Assembly: GCA_039200505.1 (NCBI GenBank)
Contig: JBCCSJ010000002.1
Location: 2,462-66,461 of the forward strand
Length of the DNA stretch: 64,000 bases
Source of the DNA: Planctomycetota bacterium
Lineage (GTDB): Bacteria; Planctomycetota; Planctomycetia; Pirellulales; Pirellulaceae
Direction of reading: 5' to 3'
The notes beneath the pieces are model-generated. The model saw nothing but the letters and a program-made list of their open reading frames with translations. It made no database searches and was not told the origin of the DNA. Positions within the stretch are counted from its first letter, which is position 1. Each line of letters begins with the position of its first letter. Below, in pieces: positions 44,433-53,352 of this stretch. The translations under genes were made by a program, and so were the position numbers.

Positions 44433-45506
44433 TTGAATTGGGAATTGGAAGCCAACGTGTTAATTGCCGAGTATCCTCCGTTTCGTCCTTTGACTGGAAT
44501 GAAGTCTCCACACCTTCAAACGGTGGGTGCGTTCTTCCTGCGCGGTAAACGAATCAAGTATCGGGCGGTCAAGTATTCGGTTAATCTTTGGGACGGTGAT
44601 CAGCTTGTCATTCACGACGATCAGCCTGTCGAATGGATCACTGGAGATCGAATCGCGATTCTTTTTCACGGGCTGTGCGGCTGCCATGGATCGCCCTATA
44701 TGGTCCGTCTGACCGACAAGCTGAAAAAGCATGGGATCCGAGTGATTCGCGTCGACATGCGAGGTTTTGGCGACAGCAAACTGGTTTCGAAATCGCATTT
44801 ACATGGCGGAAATTATCGAGATGTTGTCTCGGTAATCAACTTTGTCAGGCAACTGAGTCCGATATCTAAAATCTCTCTAGTCGGATTTTCAGTTGGAGGG
44901 AATATTATTCTCAGGACGATTGGGATGTGGGGAGACCAACACCCGATAGAGGTAGATTCTGCTATCGCGGTTTCGCCGCCGGTCGATCTATTAATGTGCG
45001 CGACGAACATTCGGCAGTTCGGCAATCGGATTTATGAAAAATATTTCATGACCAGGATGAACGCCCATTTGTCGGAACGCCGCCGAAAGGTAAAGGGTTT
45101 AGTGGATTCGGGCGTCAGTCCGCTACCGGATCGTTTAATCCATTTCGACGATCGGTTTACGGCCCCTTGCTGGGGCTATTCGGGAGTGCTTGACTATTAC
45201 GCCGATGCGATGGCAGGCCCTGTCTTGGACCAAGTCGCCATCCCAACCATCATCTTGACTGCGGAAGACGATCCGATCGTTCCCTTCGAAATGTATTCGA
45301 ATTTTCCAATGTCGAATTTCATTGAAATGGCCGTGACTCGCCATGGAGGTCATCTGGGATTTTTAGCCAATAGTCGGGACCCCGACCCACATTGGATGGA
45401 CTGGCGAATCTGCAAATGGGTGACTGAGATGGATCATCAATTTTTCGAAGGTCGCTCAAATAGTGATGCGAAAGGGAGCAAGCTGTTTTCGGGTGTAACG
45501 ACCTGA
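44433..45506 (+). CDS. alpha/beta hydrolase, YheT/ABHD1-3-like
   Basis: N-terminal F.P......SPHLQT motif, HGLCGCHGSPY, nucleophile elbow GFSVGGN, later D and H (TRHGGHLGF). Start is TTG 44433 or GTG 44457. Confidence 0.75.
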   Translation: MNWELEANVLIAEYPPFRPLTGMKSPHLQTVGAFFLRGKRIKYRAVKYSVNLWDGDQLVIHDDQPVEWITGDRIAILFHGLCGCHGSPYMVRLTDKLKKHGIRVIRVDMRGFGDSKLVSKSHLHGGNYRDVVSVINFVRQLSPISKISLVGFSVGGNIILRTIGMWGDQHPIEVDSAIAVSPPVDLLMCATNIRQFGNRIYEKYFMTRMNAHLSERRRKVKGLVDSGVSPLPDRLIHFDDRFTAPCWGYSGVLDYYADAMAGPVLDQVAIPTIILTAEDDPIVPFEMYSNFPMSNFIEMAVTRHGGHLGFLANSRDPDPHWMDWRICKWVTEMDHQFFEGRSNSDAKGSKLFSGVTT

Positions 45507-45570
45507 GATTGCTTGGTGAGGTTTGATGCCATGCCGGGACCGGGAGGTAAGATTGCATTATGCTTGAAAT

Positions 45571-45765
45571 GTTCCGCTCGGCAAGCGGAACGCACTCATA
45601 GCCCGAAAGGCTTTCCATAACCTAGCCCAGGTCCAGCCGGAAATGCCCCGGCTACCAGTGATAACCCAACACCAAGCCATGACAAATCGAAGGTCGAAAC
45701 AACTCAATCGCGGTTTTCACTACGTCACCATTTCGTAACGCGATGTTCCGCTCGGCAAGCGGAAC
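45571..45765. repeat. two identical copies (174 bp apart) of the palindromic element core
   Basis: ATGTTCCGCTCGGCAAGCGGAAC at 45569-45591 and 45743-45765. Hairpin GTTCCGCT-CGGCA-AGCGGAAC. Located between the convergent hydrolase and exosortase genes. Confidence 0.9.
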
Positions 45766-45772
45766 TTAGGAA

Positions 45773-47734
45773 TTACGATTGGTGGTTGCGGGCAAGAGTG
45801 AGACCGGCAGCGTTGGCCTGTTCACTAGGACGCTTTTCAACCGCATTGGCTGCGTCAGAGGAGTTCGCTGGGCCGGTGTTGGCCTGTCTTCTTTCGATGA
45901 ATTTCTCGCGAATGTCTTCACGAATTTCAAGATATCGCATGTTGACTTCGAGTTTGACACCGTCGCTTAACTCGTTAAAAGTGGTCACGAAAATCTGGTT
46001 TTGAAAGGCTTCGCCTTGAAATAGAGACGCTCGAATTCGGTTCGAAAGACGATTTCTTGCACGGATAAAAAAGGAGTTCACCGTTCCCCACTCGGTCGGC
46101 GGTTGCATTGGGTTTCCAAAGGAGTCAAACAGGCTAAACAGTAGATAACCTTTTTCTCCAGTGTTGCGTTCAAATCGGGCCTCGATATAAGCCCAATCAG
46201 ATTCATCCGGCTGAGAATCGAGTATCTGAGAAGGTTGGATAACTTTCCTTTCGACCAATTTCCATCCAACGTTTTTGTAACACGTGGTCAATTCATGCCA
46301 ACCTGGGAACGGTTGGTCTACCGAAAAGTGGGTGGAAACAGACGGTGATTGGAATCTCCACGTGTCGGATCTTTGTCCCAAGTCGCTTCCTCGGGTTCGA
46401 TCGGTAGTTTCATGGTCGAGCCGTTCCCAGTCTTCGTAAGTTTTTGCCAAGTCTTCACGAACGAAATCGACGGTCGGGTCCGAGTCAAAAAATCGGACCA
46501 GCATTTTTTGTTCGGCGTTCAGCGAAGCTCTTACATCCGATAGTTGCCAAAGCCCCATGGCAGTCATCAAAATTCCTATCGCCCAGATTACCGCCAGACC
46601 TGCCTTGGAAGGATTCTGCGAACGTCTTCGATGACCTGGCGATTCCGAATCGGAAGACTCCCCTGCAAGAACGGAGTTCCAAAATCGGTTGACCATCCGA
46701 ACCATCGCGCTGCTGCCCTGCGTGGCTCCTGAATCCACGGGACCAAAAAGGAAGAATATAAATTGGTCAGTGCTGAATAAAAGTAAAATCCCCAGCGTCA
46801 AAACGACATAACCCAGGATGTCGTGGGAAATGCCGTGTGATAGATCAATCTTCAAAATATATTCGGACAACGGGATGACCATGATTCGTATGGTATTCAT
46901 GAATATCGCCCAAAAAACGGCTGACATGATCAACAGGGCAGCTCGAAACCCTACGAATGCATAAAAAATTAAACCGATCATCAGCCCAAATAAAAGTTGA
47001 TTGACCGCCCCGGGGGGTATGACAAAAGCATGCAAAATATAACAAACCATCGCCATCAATAAGCCGACGAACCACCCCAGAATGCCCGGCATTTGGATAC
47101 GGCGGCTCATGACAATGAAGACTACCGCGACCAGCAACAACGTAAAAAACGATTGCACACCGCTGCATGCCTGTTCGATACCGTATTCTTGAACACCGGG
47201 AACCTTGATCAGGGTACCATCCATATGGTGTCCCAGCCCCAGCAGGTCCAACATGCGACTCGTGTAAACCGCACTGTACTGTTGAAGTCGAGTGATAAGG
47301 GTAAAGTCCAGTTGATTGGGAAGAATCAGATAGACATACAAAGGCAACGAACAAGGCCACAAAGTTCCTTCGGCATCTTTGTCGTTTGTGGAAGCCAAAA
47401 GGCTGCTGATCAGCAACATAAAGCTGAGGGCCGAAAACCAGGGCTCTACAAAAAGTAGGCTGAAAAATGCCGAAGCCAATCCCAAAAACAAGAGGAAAAA
47501 ACTGGTGACTGACTGTCGAAATGCAGGCTGGATTTCAAAAGGCCATCTCAGCATCGCTAGTCCTGCCGTGGCCACGATTGCAAACCCAAACGGCTGATAA
47601 TGAGGTCTGTCCAAAAGGCCTCGAAAATAGAGCAGCAACATTGGCAACTGAGCCAAGACTGCCAGTCCATAGGGAAGCAAGATTTTCCAGGGAACAATCT
47701 CGTTGGCAGCGGGTTGGGGTTTCGATGATGCCAT
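45773..47734 (-). CDS. exosortase fused to a C-terminal EpsI-like domain
   Basis: Polytopic N-terminal half with the exosortase Cys-Arg-His signature in order: IEQACSGVQSFFTLLLVAV, FMNTIRIMVIP, SHDILGYVV. Then a TM (LAVIWAIGILMTAMGLW) and a ~260-aa soluble domain of EpsI-like size and position. Confidence 0.8.
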   Translation of the reverse strand: MASSKPQPAANEIVPWKILLPYGLAVLAQLPMLLLYFRGLLDRPHYQPFGFAIVATAGLAMLRWPFEIQPAFRQSVTSFFLLFLGLASAFFSLLFVEPWFSALSFMLLISSLLASTNDKDAEGTLWPCSLPLYVYLILPNQLDFTLITRLQQYSAVYTSRMLDLLGLGHHMDGTLIKVPGVQEYGIEQACSGVQSFFTLLLVAVVFIVMSRRIQMPGILGWFVGLLMAMVCYILHAFVIPPGAVNQLLFGLMIGLIFYAFVGFRAALLIMSAVFWAIFMNTIRIMVIPLSEYILKIDLSHGISHDILGYVVLTLGILLLFSTDQFIFFLFGPVDSGATQGSSAMVRMVNRFWNSVLAGESSDSESPGHRRRSQNPSKAGLAVIWAIGILMTAMGLWQLSDVRASLNAEQKMLVRFFDSDPTVDFVREDLAKTYEDWERLDHETTDRTRGSDLGQRSDTWRFQSPSVSTHFSVDQPFPGWHELTTCYKNVGWKLVERKVIQPSQILDSQPDESDWAYIEARFERNTGEKGYLLFSLFDSFGNPMQPPTEWGTVNSFFIRARNRLSNRIRASLFQGEAFQNQIFVTTFNELSDGVKLEVNMRYLEIREDIREKFIERRQANTGPANSSDAANAVEKRPSEQANAAGLTLARNHQS

Positions 47735-47781
47735 GGATTCGAGAGGGGAATAGAACGAAGTTGATTTAGGTGATCGTATCG

Positions 47782-48768
47782 TTACGGGAGCACAATTTCA
47801 TTCGACCAAGGTAGGTGTTCTTTGTGCCAATTGACGCAGGCTTCCAATCCATCATCCAGCGTGACGACCGGTTTCCAATTTAACAGGGTGTCAGCTTTTG
47901 AGATGTCGGCCCAAGTAGTTTTAATATCTGCGATGTGAAATGGTTTGTTTTCGATCTTCGCTTTTTTGCCTAGCAAATCTTCTAATTTGGCAATGATCGT
48001 GTTCAATGAAATGGGTTGGTTGCCGCCTCCCAGATTGATGATTTCGTAACCGGTCGGTTTGAGAGCTGCAATTGTTCCCCGGGCGATGTCATCGACAAAT
48101 GTAAAGTCTCGAGACTGGGAACCGTCTCCGAAAAGCGTGATCGGAGTCCCCTCATCGATCCACTTAATGAAGCGGAAGATACACATGTCTGGACGACCGG
48201 CAGGTCCGTAAACGGTAAAATATCGGACGATGGAGATATCGAGGTCATACAGGTGGTGATGAGAGTGAGCCATCATTTCTGCCGATTTTTTGGACGCCGC
48301 ATAGGGTGAAATCGGAGTATTGACGGCGAGCGTTTCCACAAATGGCATCTCCTGTCCCGCATAAAGCGACGACGTGGAAGCAAGTACGTACTTTTTGATG
48401 CCTCGCTGCTGCATCTCTTCGAGCAAGTACAGGTTGGCCATCGCGTTGGTGGTCATGTAAACCGTTGGGTTTTCCATGCTGTAGCGTACCCCAGCACGAG
48501 CAGCCAGGTTGATGATCGCATCGAACGAATGCTCTTCAAACATCTTGCGAACGACTTCCCGGTTTTCCAGATCCTCACGGTAGAACGTGAAGTTGTCAAA
48601 GCCTTCCAGTTTTGCAAGCCGATGTTCTTTCAGGGAGACGTCGTAGTAATCATTGACGTTATCAATTCCGACAACTTGGTGTCCGTCCTCGAGTAAAAAA
48701 TGAGCCACTCGGTTGGCGATAAAACCGGCACATCCTGTAACCAGATACGTTTGGTTATCTTCTGGCAT
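47782..48768 (-). CDS. NAD-dependent sugar-nucleotide epimerase (UDP-glucuronate 4-epimerase-like SDR)
   Basis: YLVTGCAGFIANRVAHFLLEDGHQVVGIDNVNDYYDVSLKEHRL, SPYAASKKSAE (YxxxK), RYFTVYGPAGRPDMCIFRF. Confidence 0.8.
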   Translation of the reverse strand: MPEDNQTYLVTGCAGFIANRVAHFLLEDGHQVVGIDNVNDYYDVSLKEHRLAKLEGFDNFTFYREDLENREVVRKMFEEHSFDAIINLAARAGVRYSMENPTVYMTTNAMANLYLLEEMQQRGIKKYVLASTSSLYAGQEMPFVETLAVNTPISPYAASKKSAEMMAHSHHHLYDLDISIVRYFTVYGPAGRPDMCIFRFIKWIDEGTPITLFGDGSQSRDFTFVDDIARGTIAALKPTGYEIINLGGGNQPISLNTIIAKLEDLLGKKAKIENKPFHIADIKTTWADISKADTLLNWKPVVTLDDGLEACVNWHKEHLPWSNEIVLP

Positions 48769-48881
48769 CGTATTCTTTCAAAAGAAATGGGTCAGGGCTG
48801 GCGAACTCCAACCGCCATCTCGGTTTTAGTTCAACCATTTGTTTTTTTCTAGCGGCTGTGGAAACGCAACTCAGTTCAATC

Positions 48882-50222
48882 TCACGCTTTAAAGATTTTT
48901 TCGCGTCCGTCGGTAACATTTTTAGTAGCGTTGCGAGTATCGATCACCAATGAGGCGTGTTTGACAATTTCATCCCATTGGAATGCCGTGTGATCTGTCG
49001 CAATCAAAACACAATCCAAAGACGAAATGTATTCTGGAGTCGCCTCTTCTGATTTTAAGTCAGGAACGTTGAAGTGACGCATCTTGGGCAGAACGGGAAT
49101 GTGAGGATCGACGTAGCTCAGGTCAGCTCCCCGTTCTTCGAGCAATTCCATCAGTTTGAAAGACGGGCTTTCTCGAGGGTCATCAACATCTTTTTTATAG
49201 GCCACTCCAAAGATGCCGATTTTGCTGCCGCGAATCGGTTTTCCCGACTGATTCAAGGCCTCGGCCAGTTTATGAATGACGTAAAGTGGCATGCTGGTGT
49301 TTATTTCGCCAGCCAATTCAATGAACTTGGTGGGGATTTCGTGTTTCCTGGCAACCCAGCTTAAATAGAACGGGTCGATCGGGATGCAGTGACCACCCAG
49401 GCCGGGCCCAGGGTAGAACGCCTGAAATCCGAAAGGTTTGGTTTTGGCCGCTTCGATAACTTCCCAGACGTCGATTCCAATTTTTTGGAACAAGACTTTC
49501 AATTCATTGACCATCGCAATGTTGATACTGCGGTAGGTGTTTTCCAGGATCTTGCAAGCTTCGGCTACTTCGCATGAGTTAACGGGAATGACCTTGGTGA
49601 TTGCTTTTTCATAAAACTTGCTTGCGATCCGAAGGCTTTCCGGTTCCAGGCCTCCAACCACTTTGGGAATGGTGCCGGCGGTGAAGTTTGGATTTCCAGG
49701 GTCTTCACGTTCCGGGCTATACGCAAGAAAAAAGTCCTTACCGGCTTTCAGCCCAGAAGCAGATAGAATCGGAAGAAGCACATCTTTGGTGGTGCCTGGA
49801 TAGGTAGTGCTTTCCAGCACAACCATCTGGCCAGGTCTGAGAACTTTCGCAATCGAAGCCGCGGTTGCTTCCACGTATTTAAGGTCTGGGTCTCGACTAT
49901 CCGAAAGCGGAGTCGGGACGCAAATCAAGATCACATCGGCTTCGACCAGTCGACCCATGTCCGTGGTCGCTTCGAATTTGTCCTGTTCTAGCCAGCCCCC
50001 GATTGTTGAAGAGTGAATGTGGGCGATGTAGCTTTCGCCTTGATTCAAAGCGTCCGTTTTCTTCTGGTCGACATCGAATCCAATCGCTGAAAAACCAGCC
50101 GCGATATAGGCATCAATTAAAGGTAAGCCGACGTAACCGAGCCCGATGACTCCGACTTTGGCGGTGCAATTTTCAATAGATTCAAACAAGGAGTCTGCAA
50201 TGCTGGCGGCGGCTTCGCTCAT
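48882..50222 (-). CDS. UDP-N-acetyl-hexosamine 6-dehydrogenase (nucleotide-sugar dehydrogenase family, WbpA/WecC-like)
   Basis: N-terminal Rossmann KVGVIGLGYVGLPL, ESTTYPGTT, catalytic GLGGHCIPIDP, C-terminal UDP-binding domain. Confidence 0.85.
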   Translation of the reverse strand: MSEAAASIADSLFESIENCTAKVGVIGLGYVGLPLIDAYIAAGFSAIGFDVDQKKTDALNQGESYIAHIHSSTIGGWLEQDKFEATTDMGRLVEADVILICVPTPLSDSRDPDLKYVEATAASIAKVLRPGQMVVLESTTYPGTTKDVLLPILSASGLKAGKDFFLAYSPEREDPGNPNFTAGTIPKVVGGLEPESLRIASKFYEKAITKVIPVNSCEVAEACKILENTYRSINIAMVNELKVLFQKIGIDVWEVIEAAKTKPFGFQAFYPGPGLGGHCIPIDPFYLSWVARKHEIPTKFIELAGEINTSMPLYVIHKLAEALNQSGKPIRGSKIGIFGVAYKKDVDDPRESPSFKLMELLEERGADLSYVDPHIPVLPKMRHFNVPDLKSEEATPEYISSLDCVLIATDHTAFQWDEIVKHASLVIDTRNATKNVTDGREKIFKA

Positions 50223-50281
50223 GGTATTCGTTTTTAGGACAGAAAGGTGAGAAAGATGAAATATTTTGGGAGGCTTCTATC

Positions 50282-51475
50282 TTAATTCAACCCGATCGTG
50301 GCTGAACCGGTACTGCCATGATTCGACAGGGAATGGGGTTTCACTTCTTGTTTGGTGGTGGCTGTTTGGCTTGTTTGGTTTGCAAGGATTTCAGCGATTC
50401 GTTCAGCAGCATGACCATCCCACAGGTCGGGGCACTTCCCTTTTTTATACGTGCCGTCAATGATTCGATTGAGGTGCTTTTTGAGTTTTTCAGAATCGCT
50501 TCCGACTAAGGTGCTCGTCCCCTCGGTGACGGTTATCGGCCGTTCGGTGTTAGACCTGAGAGTCAGACAAGGTACTCCGAGTGCAGTTGACTCTTCTTGA
50601 AGTCCTCCTGAATCGGTCACAATGACTTTGGCCTGGGACGTCAGGCAAAGGAAATCGTTATACCCCAGCGGCCCAGTACAACAAATATTTTCGCTTCGAT
50701 CCAAAATATCTGCAAATCCAAACTCGTCCAGCCGTGTACGGGTTCGAGGGTGAATTGGAAAAACCAATGGCAGGCGGACTGAGATCTCGTTCAAGACGTC
50801 AAGAAGACTACGAAGCACGGCTGGATGATCGACGTTGGAGGGGCGATGAAGCGTAACCACTCCAAAGGTGCCCGGTACCAGTCCGTTGTCATTTAAAATT
50901 GTGTTTTGTTGCGCGATTTGGACTTGGTGAAGAAGCGTGTCGATCATGACATTTCCCACCAAGTGAATGTTTTCTTGGGCGTGTCCTTCTTTGCGAAGAT
51001 TTTCAACCCCTGACGGTTCGGACACCAATAGCATGTCGCAAATCGCGTCAGTTAAAACGCGATTGATCTCTTCGGGCATCGTTCTGTCAAAACTTCTTAA
51101 TCCTGCTTCGACATGAGCGACCGGGATACACAGTTTCGTGGCGGCAACGGCTGCCGCCATGGTGGAATTGACATCTCCGACAACTAGCATTCGATCAAAC
51201 GGGTTCCCTTGATTATGGGCATCCAGCAAAACTTTTTCCACAGCCACCAAAATGTCCGAAGTCTGTTTTGCATGGGAACCGGATCCTACACCAAGCGATA
51301 TGTTAGGTCGGCTAATGCCCAGTTCTTGAAAAAAAACATCCGACAACTGGGCGTCGTAATGTTGGCCAGTGTGAATCAATGTTGGTTCGAGGTTCGAATA
51401 AGGTTTCATCGCGCGAAGAATCGGCGCGATTTTCATGAAATTGGGCCGTGCTCCAACGATGCAGGCGATTCTCAT
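50282..51475 (-). CDS. wecB: UDP-N-acetylglucosamine 2-epimerase (non-hydrolysing)
   Basis: MRIACIVGARPNFMKIAPI, HTGQHYD, HVEAGLRSFD, VTDSGGLQEE. ATG 51475 overlaps the upstream stop as ATGA; an ATG at 51490 is the alternative start. Confidence 0.9.
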   Translation of the reverse strand: MRIACIVGARPNFMKIAPILRAMKPYSNLEPTLIHTGQHYDAQLSDVFFQELGISRPNISLGVGSGSHAKQTSDILVAVEKVLLDAHNQGNPFDRMLVVGDVNSTMAAAVAATKLCIPVAHVEAGLRSFDRTMPEEINRVLTDAICDMLLVSEPSGVENLRKEGHAQENIHLVGNVMIDTLLHQVQIAQQNTILNDNGLVPGTFGVVTLHRPSNVDHPAVLRSLLDVLNEISVRLPLVFPIHPRTRTRLDEFGFADILDRSENICCTGPLGYNDFLCLTSQAKVIVTDSGGLQEESTALGVPCLTLRSNTERPITVTEGTSTLVGSDSEKLKKHLNRIIDGTYKKGKCPDLWDGHAAERIAEILANQTSQTATTKQEVKPHSLSNHGSTGSATIGLN

Positions 51476-53331
51476 TTGTTTATATTCCATCGAAGTTTTT
51501 GAAAATCACCGGAAGGGTCGTTCACCTGAATCTCCAGCGTCGAGGAGTCGATTGGAACAACTTCTACCGAGCATTTCGATTCGGGCCGAGGTGATTGAAA
51601 TCGGAAAAGCCATCCTCCAGCCTGAATCACGTTTGGGTCTAAAACGTACTCCAGGGTTGTGGTCGGTTCCCGTTTCCCGAATCCAGAACAGTACCAACCT
51701 TTTACTATTTTTACTTCAAGAACCCCAAAAAACGATACGTCAAAGACTTGTTCGTCTACGGTCAGGCGATAACGCCAGTTTTCCAGCCTTGAAAGGGTAC
51801 TTTCCGGTGCCAAATGCAAAAAACCATGAGTTGTCCGGGTGGTTCGAGCGATCGTATCGACACACATCCAATACTCGCCAGATCGGACTGCAATCAGTCG
51901 GCCAGTTTCAGCAATCCCCAGATGCCGAAACCCGTCATGGAATCCGCTAGCCCAGTCGAATCCATTGTCATGCCCACGATCTGTTCGGACAACTTGGCCG
52001 CGTCGGCCCATTCGGAATTTGGACCAGGTATCGTGCTGGTTGCTTTCATCGACCATAACGACATTGTGAGCAAATGATGAACGGCAATAAGCTCTCATCG
52101 AGTCGTCATCATAATTGTACAGCCCGCTGTCAACAATGATTCGGGACGAATCGACACTTGCCTCGATACCCAGCAAGTCACAATGACCATGAGCAGGAAG
52201 CCACGATGCGGACGATTGCCCTCGATCAAAAATCAGGAACTGATTGCCTTTTCGATGAATCCAATACGGACAATCTTCGGCGTCGATGGAGCCAGGTTCC
52301 AGACCGTTCGCCATCGCAAGATCGAATACGCTTTGGACGGACGGAGCCTCACCGAAACAGGAGTCTCCCAGAAGTGGGATTTCTCCATCGGGATGAACAA
52401 TCAATTCCAGGAACCCCAGCATCCGGTCCGATGGCGTGGTTAAAATTCTGAAAATTTCAGAATCGACATCTCGACTGACCAGCATCATTTCCAGAAAATT
52501 TGCCAGCACCTGACAATGGTACATCGGGCAGGTTTCAAAATGCTCACCCCAGGCTAAAATCTGTTCGCTAATTTGAGAAGACAACACTTGTTTGGTCTTA
52601 GCCAGCCAATGGTCGCCAGATTTGAAAAAACATCCCGCCAGGCAAATCGCTCTTATATTCTCTATCAGATGATTGCCTCTAAGATCCCATTCGAGGTTGG
52701 CTGATAAAAACTCGGTTTGTTCGGAACAGCTGTTCAGCATCCGATTTTTTAATTCATCACTCAATGGGAGGCTCGACATCAGCGAAATCCAGACAGGTAT
52801 TCTTCGCGAGATGGAGTAGGGATGCCATGCGGATTGGTGGCCGGCCCGATCTTCCATCGGGAACCGCTCCAGCCAGTCAACAATCTGTTTTTCGACCAAA
52901 CCAATGTGGTCAGAATCGAGAGCGAGCAGATATTCGTGATAGTGAAACTGAAATTGCCAGAGCAACGATTGGTCGCTGAGTTTGGCGATAGATTCAGTTC
53001 GATTCAATAATTGAATCTTGCCACTTTGCAGATTCTGGACGGTCGAATCTGAATCGAAGTTGCAGGCAGATCTTTTGATTTTCGCAAGTTGGTCAAAAGC
53101 GGCAGAATTCGTCGTCCGAATTTCCAGACTCTTGTGATCTGTCAGATTGGGAATCGAATATCGTTTTCCCGTAACTATCTGTTTGAGCAAACCCAGGGTG
53201 CGACGCAAAATCTGGGAAGTCCGGTAAAACTTGAGAATGTGCCACCAACGATTCAGTCTTATATAGGTCTTGTTTCCCTGCCGGTTGGCAGCCTGAGCTC
53301 GAATTTCAAGATCGTCGGAAGGGAGATTCAA
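51472..53331 (-). CDS. heparinase II/III-family (alginate-lyase-like) protein
   Basis: 619 aa. N-terminal helical toroid-like half, and a C-terminal half with HGHCDLLG...DSGLYNYDDD...SFAHNVVMVD, the pattern of heparinase II/III C-terminal domains. Confidence 0.7.
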   Translation of the reverse strand: MNLPSDDLEIRAQAANRQGNKTYIRLNRWWHILKFYRTSQILRRTLGLLKQIVTGKRYSIPNLTDHKSLEIRTTNSAAFDQLAKIKRSACNFDSDSTVQNLQSGKIQLLNRTESIAKLSDQSLLWQFQFHYHEYLLALDSDHIGLVEKQIVDWLERFPMEDRAGHQSAWHPYSISRRIPVWISLMSSLPLSDELKNRMLNSCSEQTEFLSANLEWDLRGNHLIENIRAICLAGCFFKSGDHWLAKTKQVLSSQISEQILAWGEHFETCPMYHCQVLANFLEMMLVSRDVDSEIFRILTTPSDRMLGFLELIVHPDGEIPLLGDSCFGEAPSVQSVFDLAMANGLEPGSIDAEDCPYWIHRKGNQFLIFDRGQSSASWLPAHGHCDLLGIEASVDSSRIIVDSGLYNYDDDSMRAYCRSSFAHNVVMVDESNQHDTWSKFRMGRRGQVVRTDRGHDNGFDWASGFHDGFRHLGIAETGRLIAVRSGEYWMCVDTIARTTRTTHGFLHLAPESTLSRLENWRYRLTVDEQVFDVSFFGVLEVKIVKGWYCSGFGKREPTTTLEYVLDPNVIQAGGWLFRFQSPRPESKCSVEVVPIDSSTLEIQVNDPSGDFQKLRWNINK

Positions 53332-53352
53332 GGAATAAAAAGGTGTGAAGGG

